Assembly (NCBI RefSeq): GCF_009914755.1
Contig: NC_060936.1
DNA: 64,000 nucleotides
Reading direction: 5' to 3' (one strand)
DNA from: the human T2T-CHM13v2.0 reference genome, Homo sapiens
Part shown: one piece after another, positions 1-12,859 of the stretch
How the letters are laid out: the number at the start of each line of letters is the position of its first letter
Numbering within the stretch: the first letter of the stretch is position 1
The notes under the pieces: generated by a model
What the model was told of the DNA's origin: nothing
Seen by the model: only the letters and a program-made list of their open reading frames with translations
Database searches by the model: none
Translations under genes and position numbers: made by a program

Positions 1-575
1 GCTGAAGATGTTTTACTGGTTCTCCTCACAAGAGCCCAACAGACACATCCTACAGTTCACATGTGAGGCCAGGAAAGTATCTTTCCCATGTTCACAGAGC
101 CTATGAGTGACAGAGCCAGAATCTGAACGCTTATCTGATTCTCCACCCCCATCCCCCATTTCTCCCATGCACCATGGCCTTCCAACAAATGGAGGACTCC
201 TACCCCGCCCAGTTGGTTTCCCTCTCCTGGCCCATGCTGCCACATTTTAGGAAGCTGAGTCAGCTGCTCTCAGAGTCCATCATGGAAGGACACAGCCCAT
301 CCACATCAGGCAAGGGACAAATGAAGTCCCACCAGCCCTACCCAAAAAGTTGGCTATCCCCAGCCAGCTCCTGTCCCATGAGGGTGCAGTGCATCCACTC
401 GTGGAAAGGGCCTGTCACCCAATGCAAGGTCCACACTCAGCTGGGCCGAGGCCTTGGATGTGCAATTGGTAACTTCTTGTTTCCAATTCATGGGTGGCTC
501 TAGGGTCTGAGGTCAGGCTCTCCAGGCGCCTTATTGCCAGACTGTCTGTCTCTGCATCAGCAGGCTGTGGCAAAT

Positions 576-578
<3 letters not shown>

Positions 579-607
<29 letters not shown>
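579..607 (+). repeat. (AC)n microsatellite
   Basis: Pure AC run of ~14 units. Confidence 0.95.
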
Positions 608-608
<1 letters not shown>

Positions 609-1400
609 TTCCCTGTGCAAAATCAACCTCACCACTACTTTTTATTACATAAACACACACACAAACACATCTATGGGTCCGTATACCACTCACACATACT
701 CCTACACAATACATCTATAAGTGCATTTGCACCGATACACATATGCCCACACAACACAGCTTGAGGTACACATGTACATCCAAGTAGCAAATACATACTC
801 CCACATAATGCACATGTGTGCACAAGCACACTACCTAGAGTCATGGAGCGTGGCATAGAAACACAGATGAAGACATCTCACATACCTATATATTTATCCA
901 AACAAACATTTCCAGACATGTATCCAATCACACACATTTACAGCCATACAAAATTGCTCACATATTTTTCACATACACATATAAGTTGACACACTTGTGT
1001 CTGTGTATGTAAAAACTCTCATACATCTGCACTTGCACAGATAGACATACATGCCTATATGTACCTATATGCATGCATGTTTACACACATTCACACTCAA
1101 GCATACATGCAACTTGGTCCATACATATTTGTGTTATATATAAGAATGCATATATGCACAGTCCCTGCATGCAGTGTTGAGTATAAAATGCAAATATGTC
1201 TGCCAACATGGACCCTGACACAGAAACTTGCACACATATCCACATCCATATGCACATACATACACATGCATACCTAAGCATGCCACAGACATGCACAACC
1301 AGGTACATCTACACATGTGGAACCATATGTACACATGTGTATAACTGTGCATAATATATACATCTCCCATCCGAACATGTACAGAGGCTATGTTACAGCT
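608..1400 (+). repeat. Degenerate CA/TA-rich low-complexity tract
   Basis: Dense ACAC/ACAT/ATAC/GCAT motifs; source of the His/Thr and Cys/Val ORFs in the track. Confidence 0.8.
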
Positions 1401-2484
1401 GATATGTCCTCTGTCTCATTCTCTTCTTTGGCCACAAATTTTGGAGTTCTTCAACTTGGTTTGCCCAACCCAGAATTTTTCAGACCTAATCTTCTCCCTA
1501 TACATAGTCCCTACTGAAACTCTCATTTCCTGCTTGGAATATCCTAGGGAAATGCCCCATCATGACACACTTAATTTTTTGAAGACATTTGATACTCTTT
1601 GGAGACACACAGAGGCCGTGGTGTATCCGTTGGAGATCCTAAGGGACCACAGTCTGGTGAGGTCTTAAGGTTGTTGACATCCACTCAGCAGCCTCCAATG
1701 AGATGGATACACGTTTTATTTATTTGCAGGCAAAATCACACCTCCTCTAGGAGCTGTTCCTCCCCTAGTAGGAAATGCTTTCTCTTTCTCTCTTCGTACA
1801 CTGCGCATTATTTATACCTTTGCTTTAAAGGTCAGTTTCTTTGCCTTGTTTTAGTGTTTTCTGGAGTTTTTGAGCTCCCAGAGGATAGAAAACATGTCTA
1901 ACTTGCTTTGTTTTCAGCACAACTGGTGCTGGTGATACCCAGTGCTTGTAGGTGTTCAATAAAAGAAAATTGAAATAACTGCTGCTTTGACACCGCAATG
2001 CATGAGCTTAGATTGGTGACCAGATGTCAGTCAACACTTGATTGAGCAGGCTGGCCAATGAGCATCTTCCAGGAGACTCTAAACTACCTGCAGTGTGTGT
2101 GGGGCTTAGGATCATGGGTGAATAAGATGGTGCATGCCAAATGCTTCATAAAAATACAGAGTGGCATTATTATCTGTTTGCTTCGGCAATGTTCATCATC
2201 TCCTTCCCCTCTCCACCGGCCCAGACAAAAGAAAAACACAAAAGAAAAGCCCAGCACCCACAACGTATTAGTGGAAAACAGGCCCAGCATTAGGTAGACC
2301 GTGTTAAATTAGCAGAGTTGGGATTTGAAGCCCATGCTTGTAGGTAGGTAGGCCTGTCTGGCTCTCTCCTTCTCCTTTTCCTCCTCTTTACCACTCCCCC
2401 AGTGAAATATTGCCAGCAAATAAAATTATAGAGAAAAATGTAAGGGCACCATGTATTCCAAACCCAGATTCATTACATTTATCT

Positions 2485-2600
2485 TTCATTTGTTTGGCAA
2501 ATAGTTATTAAGCACCTTCTATGTGCTAGGCTTTGTTCTAGGCCTTGAGGATATAGTGAACAAAACAGATGGTGCTGGCTTCATGGAACTTCCATTTTAT
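2485..2600 (-). mobile_element. L2 3' end fragment
   Basis: caaatagttattaagcaccttctatgtgctaggc...gtgaacaaaacag resembles the antisense L2 3' terminus. Confidence 0.7.
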
Positions 2601-2639
2601 CATATTTGCTTTAGTGTGATTCTTGTTGTTTGTTTTAAG

Positions 2640-3490
2640 AACTACGTCATTACTAAAATAATAGAAGCTTATTGTGTATCCCTTTCTTCCCCCATTTCCC
2701 TCTCTCCAAGTAGAACATAAACACCACCCCAATATTTGCAATTATTTTTCCATAAGTTTTCATTCCTTTATCTCACATTTATTTATTAGCAATGCATAGC
2801 ATTGCTGTGTGTTTTTAAACTTTTTATATATGTATCATTATATACATATATAAAAAGGACATGATGTATATATATACACACATATATATATAATGTCCTT
2901 TATCAACAACTATATGTGTGTATTTCTCAACAACAACTTTTTCACTCATTATTTTGTTCTCCAGGGATCTGTGTTGATGCAGATAGCACTGTTGTCTCAC
3001 TGTTGTACAGTATTTCATTATCTGATGTCATGATAGTGGATTTAATCACTCCCTTCGTCATGGACCTCAAGGTTGTTTACCCAGTTCCCTTCGTCTAACA
3101 ATGCTGCAGTGAACATCACTATGTATGTCTACTGGGCCATGTATCTGAGGATCTAGTGCCTACCTACCTACAAGCATGTTTGTTGGATGGTGGGATATGC
3201 ATGCCTTAGCTTTACATGACAGTTCTAAGTTGCATCTCAAGTTGGGTTCACATCAACTTACTCTGACAGTAGCAGAGTCTGAGACCGGCTCTCCGTTGCT
3301 CAGCAAAGCCCGTTTTTTCAATTTCTGCCAAGCCGAGGGCTATGGGAAAAATAATCTCTCCTTTTGGTTATAACTGGCACTTCTTTGACTATCAACAAGG
3401 ATGGATATCTTTACTTACACTTATTGGCCATTTGGATTTCCTTTTGCTGTGAAATGCCTGTTCTTATCTTTGTTCCATAGTTAAAAATTG
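2640..3490 (-). mobile_element. Ancient L1 (L1M/L1ME-like) fragments with internal TA-rich tract
   Basis: aacaatgctgcagtgaacatc and ttattggccatttggatttcc...gtgaaatgcctgttc are typical antisense old-L1 words. Confidence 0.6.
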
Positions 3491-3689
3491 GTTTATTTAT
3501 CATTAGGGTTGGGCTCCTGACCACTTCTCCAACTGTGGAAAAGAAATTAGCTTGATAAGGGGAGTCAGAGGTACAGCCCTCCTTCCTCCAAGGGCTGAAA
3601 AAGCAGCCCTTATTGACTGGCTTCTATCACTCATCTCATTAAAGGTACCACTTACTTCCAAATGCTTAGAGCTGGGGCTGGGAGCCATT

Positions 3690-3900
3690 CATAAAACTCA
3701 TATTGAACGATCGGCTTTCACAAAGTTTGCCTTAATGTTTTTTGCGCGGTATTGATCTGTGGGGGGGAACTATAAAAATTGACACCAGAATAAACTTTGA
3801 ACGACGGCTCTCACTCAGCCGAACTGGGATCAATGCAAATCGACCGAGGCAAGGAGGGAGGGGAGGAAACAACCCCTTCTCCATTAGCCGGTCTCTGCTT
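3690..3900. promoter_or_regulatory. Candidate conserved enhancer (CpG-retaining, TE-free)
   Basis: 10 CpGs in ~185 bp; CATAAAA 3690, ATTGATC 3751, TATAAAA 3771, TGACACC 3780, CTTTGAA 3795, ATGCAAAT 3833. Confidence 0.5.
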
Positions 3901-4199
3901 GACCAGCAAAACTCATCTGGATCTTTCCTGGCCCCACTTAGGCTCTCAAATGCAGATACAATGAGGTTTAGGGTAAGTTCTGAGGTGGAGAACAAACCTC
4001 TCATCTTGGGATAAGGGGATCCTAAAAGCTTAGTTATCAGCACTTGAGACATTTGATTTGCCCTTAGAAGTCTCTCTTCCTCTATGTGGTGCTAGTTATG
4101 GGTGAGGGAACCAAGGAGGAGCAGAGGGGAGTAAGTGTTTATTGAGCACTTACTATGTCCCAGGTGTTGGGGAGGGGCATTCTGCAAATACTTGGGAGG

Positions 4200-4550
4200 C
4201 AGGGTAGGGTTGGCTCCACTAATACCTGGCTGATGATCTCAAACGAGTGACTCAACCTTTCTGAACTTCCAGTTACTTCTGCAAAATGCTGATTATTATA
4301 ACACCCTCCTTACCAGATTTCTTCTACTTTTCACTGAAAAGTAGAGTACTGGCTCCTAAAGCAGAGTATGAACACGTAAAAATTTTGCTATTCCCTCAAG
4401 CAATCCTAACTGCAACCCTGCAATTTGAACAGTCACCTCCGTGTTGAAGAAGCACAGACTGAAGCTCAGAGAGGTTAAGTGATTTGTCCAAGATCACACA
4501 GCTAGTAAATGATAGGATTTTAACTCAAGGCTCTCCAACTCCCAAGCCCA
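4200..4550. mobile_element. Two MIR fragments in opposite orientation
   Basis: Sense core near 4250-4310; antisense core gactgaagctcagagaggttaagtgatttgtccaagatcacacagctagt near 4457-4507. Confidence 0.7.
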
Positions 4551-4869
4551 AGCTCATTATCTGAGAGCATATCACTAATTATAAATCATAAGTCGAGGGC
4601 AGAGGGTAGGAGCAGGATGGCTCTCAGATCAATTTCCACGGTGCGTGTGAATTGTGGGTGGCTCGAGGCCTTCTCTGGTGCAGTTAGATGCTCCTTTCTG
4701 CATTCCATCACCCTGACATGATCATCGTTAGCCAATCCTGGGAGCATCACCTCCAAGTGACCACAGGCAGAGGGCACTGCATTTACAAAAGCTTAGAAGT
4801 CCATCTGGAATAGGTGGGAACTGCTGGGATGCAATGTGAGAGGTAGGGGTAGAGAAATAAAGGCTTTCC

Positions 4870-5150
4870 ATCCATTGATTCACTCCAAGCATACTCACTG
4901 AGGACCTACTGTGTGGGGCACAGGGCTAGGGGCCGAGGACATAATGTTGAACATTGCTGACATAATAAAATGTGGGCAAACAGATGAAGGTGACAATGCA
5001 GGGTAGTGATGAGCTATAATTGGGGGCCAGGCAGGGAGGATATGGGAGCATAGGAAAGGGTTCCTCAGCCTGAACTTGGAGCGCTGGGGAAACCTTCCCA
5101 GAAGAAGGTACATCTCAGTTGAACTTAGAATGACTCACAGAATGTCTTAA
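4870..5150 (-). mobile_element. L2 fragment
   Basis: ctcactgaggacctactgtgtggggcacagggctagg...aaccttcccagaagaaggtacatctcagttgaac. Confidence 0.55.
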
Positions 5151-5278
5151 GGTACAGAATCCGAGGTACCTCCTCTAGGGATGCTGGTTCAGTACAGGGA
5201 GAGTGGGGGAAAAGAACCTGTCCCCAAGTGGCGCTAACAGCCAGGATGGGCAACTTCTAGGCTAGATGAACTCTTAAG

Positions 5279-5460
5279 ATAGTGGTTCTCAATGCTGGCT
5301 GTGTATTAGCATCATATGGGAAGCTTTGAAGAAATTCCAGTAGTGGCCATGCCTGTCTCCATATCACCAGAACCAGAGTCAGCAGACGGTGGGTGGAGGG
5401 TGGCCTGGACATCAATGTTTTGTACAGAAGTTTCCCAGTTGATTAAGACTCATTGCTTTG
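5279..5460. mobile_element. MER5A-like hAT-Charlie MITE
   Basis: Begins agtggttctcaatgctggctgtgtattagcatca. Confidence 0.65.
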
Positions 5461-6786
5461 GGAGGACCACGTAATGTTTGGACAAGCAAATAAGTAGGGG
5501 GAAAGTCAGGCTGCCCTGAAGTTTCTTTGTCTGGGTAAGAAAGTTAATTGCGTGCCTTAGGTGCTTAGTGCATACCAGCCCCTTTCCCAGCCACCAGCTA
5601 GTCGGCTGCATCTTTCCAACACCTAGATGTTGCTTTTCATCCTAGTTGCCTAGATGCAGCTCCTGAGATTCAGATAGGTTGAATTCAGACCCCCAAGCCA
5701 TGCAGCTGGCCAGCAGCAGAGGTTAATCCCACCCAGGGCATCCCTTTGAAGGTGCCTGGATATGCATAGCCGCAAAGGCTTAAAAAACATCATGGAGAAA
5801 GCGAGAAGTGGGCAATGACTTCACTAAAAGTATTTCTGGGCCACTGGCCAAGTATGGCAATGAGTCTCTTGCTCTTGAAATACAGGGTGGCCTGGAGGAA
5901 GCTGGGGGAAGCCAGGGGGTGAGGAGGGTACTTCCTGGGTGCCAATGGATACCATCTGAGCTGCAAAGCCCTGCAGTGACGAGCAGCATTTATTCTGCCC
6001 ACCTCTCGCACCAGAAAAGTTATGACCGCTTCCAGTTCTAAGACTTCAAAATATAGCACAAAAATCAGCCTCCACTGCTTCCCCTCACTCTTTCTCCTGA
6101 TTTATTTATTTATTTAATTTATTTATTTCCCTTTTCTCTTGTGCCCATGAAGTTTGCCTCCCTTCAAATATCCTTGTTTGTTAGAAGTGATTCCAAGGCT
6201 GGGAGAAAAACCTCACCTCAGGCTGGTCATTACTTACTGGGGAGAGTCAGAAGCTGAAAGTTCCTCCTACCCCACACCATAAATAAACTGTCTCCTTCAT
6301 CAACCCACAAATCATTCCAGATTTTTGGAGTAAATAGTAATAGCTGTGTTTTCCCCCATGGGCATAGCTGAGGGTGTATTGTATGTGCATGTATGTGTTC
6401 AATCTAATTTAATTCTTTTTTTTTTTTCTAGCCTTGTGAAAGCACCTTTGGCTCCACCCTCCACTTCTGAGCACTCTTTTGAAGGGATTAGCACTCCCAG
6501 ACTCTGGACTCGGGGGCTTGGAAAAGCTCTATAGGTTTGAGATTTACTGTGGCTCCAGGGAGCTGAGAGATAGGCCAGCCTGAGTCAGGGCCGGAAGAAT
6601 GTTCTTCTATTGTTCTGTTTGGGGGACAGGCACTCTGGCAGTCATAGTATCTTTCACTCTATTCGCTTTCACTGCACTGGCTCTGGTTTGCGAGGTGTCC
6701 CCAGCAGCCTCCTGCATGGTGCCCATCACTCACTCCACACTGTCCTCCCTGTAATCTGTCTTCTGTGCCAGCCATCCTTGAAGTGA

Positions 6787-7113
<327 letters not shown>

Positions 7114-7249
7114 TGATCTTATCATCATTGAGTGCTTTTCATCATCATGCTGGGTCCCTGCCGTAAAACCTCCCAGTGCCTTCTGGTCTTAGTTTGGGTT
7201 CTTCCACAAAGCAGACCCACAGGTAGGGATTTGGGTACAGTCAAGAGGC

Positions 7250-7425
7250 TGCATACCATGCTAGTTAAACACATGAATTTGGACTCAGATGTTCTGAGTT
7301 CAAATCCTGACTGTATGACTTGGAACCACGCTTTCCATATCTGTAGAGTGTGAACAACCAGCATATCTACCTTACAGGGTTACGGTAAGAATGAAGTGTG
7401 TGAATAAAGCATTCAGTGCTGAGCT
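7250..7425 (+). mobile_element. MIR
   Basis: gttaaacacatgaatttggactcagatgttctgagttcaaatcctgac...ctaccttacagggttacggtaagaatgaag. Confidence 0.7.
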
Positions 7426-8609
7426 GGCCACAGAAGGAAGGTTTTTATTATGGGATACATCCTGGCATAGCTTTCTGTTCACAAGGCCCACCTGCCACAT
7501 TATAGTTGTTAGTCTCTTTGTGTGGCTTAGTCTGCATGCCCTAACCCCAAATTCCATGAGCATAGGCTTTATGCCTCACGTAGTTCTGTATCCCTCCCGG
7601 TGCCTAGCTCTGAGCTGAGCAAACAGACACTCATGATAGGTGGAAGGGAACCAGCAGGTACTGACCTCCTTCCTATGTAAACAACAGGCATTATCCTTAT
7701 TTTGAAAATACATAAATAGAGACTTAGATGTTAGCTAACTCGACCAAGGTCACACAGCTTGAATTTAGAACATGTTTGAACTGACCAACTTCAACCTTAA
7801 TGCATGATTTTTATTGCACTGAGCCACTTGCTCATGGTTTGACCCAGAAGAGAAAATACCAACCAAATATTAGAGATGACATTTTACCAACTGCTAGGAC
7901 TAAGAGGTGATGAGAAAGAGCCCAGTGACCAAGGTGTGGGTGTATCCAGGAAAAGAAATAAACCTGTATGATCAAGGCGCCAGAATAGCTATCTTTATAG
8001 GTTATTTGATTGTAAGCAACAGAAACCTATTCTGGCTAACATAAGCCCAAAACGCTAGTATTGGAAGAATTGGAAGAAGTAGCTCACAAAATAGAAGAAC
8101 CAGACGTCAGAGGGGTCAGGGAGCTGGTTGGACTTGGGATCTAAGTAGCAGTAAGTAATGTGATCAACCTGAATCACATGACAGCCTCTTAGCTCTAGGC
8201 AGTCAGGGTTTGAGTGACTGTCCCACGCAGACTGCATGTAACAACAGTGGGTGGGAACAAGTTTCAAAAAGGGAAATGAGCATGCTAAGACCAGAAAGAA
8301 AAGAAATAGATATTAGGTTGGCCAAAACAGCTGATGCCCTTTGCAGTGACAGTGTCAGCTAATTTTAGCAATATATATCATCTGCTGGGTTTTCTATGTG
8401 TTAGGCAGCATTGCTCTGTACAGTTTTGCAGATTGCATCCTGCCCAAGACCAGCTTGCTAAGGAGGCACAGAGGTGCTAAATCCCGGGCCAATCACTGCT
8501 TGCCAAATAGCTGTATTAACCCAGAGGAAGGGACGTCTTTCCTAACGTGCAGAAAAACACCAGGTATAAATCATCCTATTTAGTCCTCTCAACAATGCTG
8601 AAAGGTAGG

Positions 8610-8890
8610 TGTGGTAGATTAAAAATGGTCACAAATTCTTTGCTTCTCTTCCTGTTGAGGAGATAGCTAAATCCTTGGGGAATGGAGCTCATGCTACATG
8701 CATTGTTGAGAAGCAGAGACTAAACACCCTCCCCCCTGAATCTGGACTGGCCTTAACAACTCACTTGACCAACAGAATATGGTGGAACTAATGGCTGGAA
8801 CTTCCAAAGCTAGGTCATAAGAAACCTTACTGCTTTTTTTCCCCTGGGTTTTCTGGTGCTATGAGACACCATGTATAAAGTTCAACTACT
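8610..8890 (+). mobile_element. MLT1 (ERVL-MaLR) LTR 5' part, MLT1F/G/H-like
   Basis: tgtggtagattaaaaatggtcacaaattc...cttgaccaacagaatatggtggaac...ctaggtcataagaa. Confidence 0.7.
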
Positions 8891-9007
8891 GTATTCTATT
8901 GATCCGTCACAGAGCTCAGATTTAAGAAGTCATAAACACATCACCTGTTAACCTAAGAGTGTCCAAACAATTTATGACCACCTTCAATCTACCAAATCGT
9001 TGGTTGA

Positions 9008-9150
9008 ACTCATTCAACAAGCATTTGTTTGTTGAGCATCTGCTTTATACCAGACACTAACTTAGGCCCTGGGAATACAGTGGTGAACAAAACAGAAAAG
9101 TGATATGCTTCCATGGAACCCGTATTCTAGTGGGAGGCTGCATTCTAGCT
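9008..9150 (-). mobile_element. L2 3' end
   Basis: ctcattcaacaagcatttgtttgttgagcatctgc...gggaatacagtggtgaacaaaacag. Confidence 0.75.
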
Positions 9151-9419
9151 TGAACAGATGGATCAATGAACTGGAAAGGAAAATGAAGAATGTCTATCTG
9201 GTCTCCAACTTTTGACCTGCTACATGTGTCCTATAAAATAATCTCACGATGTCACAAGATCCAATTTGCTCTTTCCAAGCCAATTTTCCACTCATTGATC
9301 ATCTGCATTTAACTTTGAGGCAACAGCTGAGAAATTCTGAAATAGTAAGAGGAAGATTCTCCCTCTTACTTTCCATGGGCTGTCTGGCATGTCATAGGGC
9401 TCAGGGACTAGGTGCTGCC

Positions 9420-9900
9420 TGAAACTCTTGTGGCCGAGTCAGGTCCCCCATTAGCTCTGAGTTCTGGAAATTGACCAGAATTTACAAAGAAGGAGGGCAT
9501 GGGGAGAATGAGGAAGCTAGAGTTGCATCATCCTGACTCAGGTCAGCCAGTGTCCACCTTGGCAATTGGCTGCAAGCTTTGGGATTGGCATGAGAAGGTT
9601 ACGTTGACTGGGCCATCTAACCAGCAGCCTGAGGGCTGGGCCTGAGCAGCACCGAGGAATTTCACACATGGCGGTGCCAGCCTGGGTTCTGTTCTGGAAT
9701 AACACATGCAAGTGACAGGGAAAACTCGTGAGTCATTGAGCTAATCTCAGCTCTTTTAAACTGGGTGCCTGGAAGATGAGCAAAGTTCTGACTTCAGCAC
9801 CATCAAAGAGGTTATATGGCAAAGTCAACAGTTTCAACAGGGAGGAAAAGGCTGAATCACCCAGGCCATTGCTTTCCCCTTGCCTGAGTCAGGAGTAAAG
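9420..9900. promoter_or_regulatory. Candidate AP-1-rich enhancer
   Basis: TGACTCA 9534, TGAGTCA 9729 and 9885, TGAATCA 9853, TTGCATCA 9523, ATCAAAG 9802. Confidence 0.4.
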
Positions 9901-10439
9901 GATTAAGTATTCTATTTTAGGGAGTTCCTAAGTGCTCCTGAGGAGAGCTTCCAATAGAGGTGAGTAGGTTCCTATTAACTCTGCAACACACCTTTCAAGC
10001 TAGAATCCATTTATTTTACATTTCCATTATTGGGCAACCAAATGCTATTTATGAGCTCCAACTCTGAGTGTCCACAGATATAATTTATGTCAATCACCTA
10101 GATTTGTTTTTCTAAAAATGTGCTCTGTAGAACATTAATTTTCTGGCACTCCTGATAGGTGACTGGGCGAGGTAGGGGGTTAGTATGCAGAAAAAAAATT
10201 GATCATCAAATATGGGATATACTTGGGAAATACTTGGTTACATTTTCTTCAATAGATTTTTCTACTTTAGGACTTTTCAGAGCCTTTGGTATGCTAATGT
10301 ACATTGCAAATCTTCAAAAAAGCTTTAGATCTTATTAACCCTTCCCGACTTGTTTTGTCCATGAACCCCAACTTTGGAGAGTAAAGAAATCGTTTTTCAT
10401 GAAGACACTTTGAGAAATGTTGTCCTTGAATCGTTTAGA

Positions 10440-10622
10440 ACAATTCTCTCAAATTGTGGGCATACAAATTAACCAGAGACCTTATTATTAAAAATGCACA
10501 TTTCCATCTCAGACATTAAAATTGAGTAGGTCTTGGGTGAGGTCCAGAAATATTCATTTAATAAACATTTCAGGTGATTTTGAAGTGAGTGATCCATTGC
10601 ACACACTTTGGAAACCACTGCT
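10440..10622. mobile_element. MER5A-like MITE
   Basis: tgagtaggtcttgggtgaggtccagaaatattcattt...cactttggaaaccactg. Confidence 0.65.
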
Positions 10623-10949
10623 TTAGAGCTAGAGTTGGAAGGCAAGTAAATTTAATCCTTGATTTTAGAGATAAGGAAACTGAGGCACTGAAAGTGATTT
10701 TTCATACAGTGAGTTTTTTGTGAAGTCAGGGATTGGTCTGAACTCCCAGATTAGAAAAAACCTCTCTCATCACGTAATGAGACATGCGGTACTTCATATG
10801 TATCTGAGATTTCTGGAAATAATAACAAATTAAGCATTCAAGGAGTGTTGAAATCACGGAAGGATAAGTAACTGAATGAATGAGTAACTGTGTACCCCTA
10901 TTCTACTCACTTATACCTCTTTTGATGCAACCCAAGAGCACAGTTTGTT

Positions 10950-11325
10950 TGATGGGTTCTACTTTATGGCAAAGAAAACTGAGGTTCAGAGAAGTTAAGT
11001 AATTCGTTCAATGCCACACAGCAAGTCAATGGTAAGGTCATAGTTGTAAATCAGGATTTTTTTCTGATTCCAGATTTCATTCCATGGCCAACCTCAGACC
11101 CTAGAATCAGAAGTGGATTTGCTTCTCAGCTCTGCTGCTTGCTAATTGTGTGACACTGCTCAAGCAACATAACTTCTCTGAGCCTTTTGTGTAAAATGAA
11201 GATAGTAACTCGCTTCATTGCTTTGCTGAAGGCATTAAATGAGGTAAAGTGTGTACACCATGGCAGGTGCCTAGCATGTGCTAAGCACTTTGTAAATATT
11301 AACTGCTGCTAATAATAATATTGAT
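10950..11325. mobile_element. Adjacent MIR pair (minus then plus)
   Basis: gaaaactgaggttcagagaagttaagtaa near 10975; tgtgtgacactgctcaagcaacataacttctctgagcc near 11147. Confidence 0.75.
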
Positions 11326-11722
11326 AACTGTGAATAGCATCTAAAAGAGAGCAATGCACATCGTGAAGGAAAATAAATTTCTTTTTTGGATAACAATGCC
11401 ATGGTCATAAGCTTGTAAGGTCTGGCTTTCTTGGTGTGTCCTGTTGGGTCCCAGACTCTCAGAATCCCAGAATGGAAATGGGCTCTCGAATTCACCTGGT
11501 CTAAGACCCAGCCCCTAATGTAGATTCCCTGTGAGAAGGTCCCAGCAGCCGCATCTTCTCTCAGTTTATCACCTCCACTGACAGTGAATTATTTCTAGAC
11601 AAATAGGAGCAATTTTTAGTGCCCCATTTCCCGAAGTGTTGCCTAAGCACTACAACCCCCAGAAGCTGGTCCTTAAGAAAAGAATTCTGCATTCAAATAA
11701 GCTTGAGCAATGTCATTTGCTA

Positions 11723-11990
11723 TTTTTTTTTTTTTTTAAATGCCGTGGTGTGATCTGGGTGGCTCACTGCAACCTCTGCCTCCCGGGTTCAAGCGATTCT
11801 GTGCCTCAGCCTCTCTAGTAGATGGGACTACGTGCACGTGCCACCATACCCGGCTAAGTTTTGTATTTTTAGTAGAGACAGGGTTTCACCATGTTGGCCA
11901 GGCTGGTCTCGAACTTCTGACCTCAGGTGATTCCCCCGCCTCAAACTCCCAAAGTTCTGGGATCACAGGCTTGAGCCACTGTGCCCGGCC
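11723..11990 (-). mobile_element. AluS with ~35 bp deleted next to the tail
   Basis: T15 followed directly by aaatgccgtggtgtgatc; TSD tgtcatttgct (11711) / tgtcatgtgct (11991). Confidence 0.95.
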
Positions 11991-12327
11991 TGTCATGTGC
12001 TCTTAACTGCCTCCCCTCACCCTACCCAGATATATTCATAACACCCATGTTCATGTTCAAGGCTCTGAGAAGTCCTGCAGTCAGGAAAGAAAAGTCACTC
12101 TTCGTTGAACCCATGGCTCTCCAGACTCATTTGATCAAAAAGCCACATTGACAGGCAGTTGAGCTTTTCCTCTGTGGAATCACTTTGGGAACTTCTTCTG
12201 TGCTAGAAAGTTTCCTCATCTAGTAGTTCATAAGTAATTTTTTTTTCTGCAACCATGCTGCTATGCTATGACATGATTCTGAATTCACATCAAGTCAAAA
12301 TACTACTGTTATAGTTCTTTTAGGAAA

Positions 12328-12440
12328 TACATATTTACTATTTAGTAATACTATGTAAATACTAAATAGTAAATACTATGTACTTATATATATAACTATA
12401 GTATTTAGTAATACTAAATACTAAATACTGTTTAGTATCT
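12328..12440. repeat. AT-rich palindromic mini-array (TACTAAATA / TATTTAGTA units)
   Basis: Perfect 16 bp inverted arms 12332-12347 / 12360-12375; 12 bp arms 12399-12410 / 12412-12423. Confidence 0.85.
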
Positions 12441-12859
12441 GGTACTGGTCCTAGTTGGTATGCACTGGTGCAGTTTTACTGGTTGTTTACAGCTGACATC
12501 TACTCTGAAAGCCCTCCGTCTGTGCCACATTGGTTGTTAATATTTTGAATGCCACTTCTGCTAACAACTCCTCAAGACTGTTCTGTCTCAAAGTCCATCG
12601 CTGTAATTCTTCGTTCTGTACATCAGCTTCCTGAGTCCCATCTCTTCTCTAACGGGACTCCTTGCCCAGCTCAGACCCTACCTTATCCTTTAACTTGCTT
12701 CTGCTACTAGTTAGTGACTTTAGTTTCTCTTCCTGACTCTCAGGGAACTTGTCCCCAGAAAATGTGCCAGAGAAGAAAGGTTAATGAAGAGTCACAAATC
12801 CCAGCACAGCACTCGGTGTTCAAAAATTGCCATTTGACCTTGAAATTCAAGCATGCCCT

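Noticed and set aside
5219-5237. CTCF-like tccccaagtggcgcta
   Set aside because: Mismatches at core positions of the consensus; not supportable from sequence alone
9793-9813. REST/RE1 site
   Set aside because: Only the left half (TTCAGCACC) is present; the GGACAG half is absent
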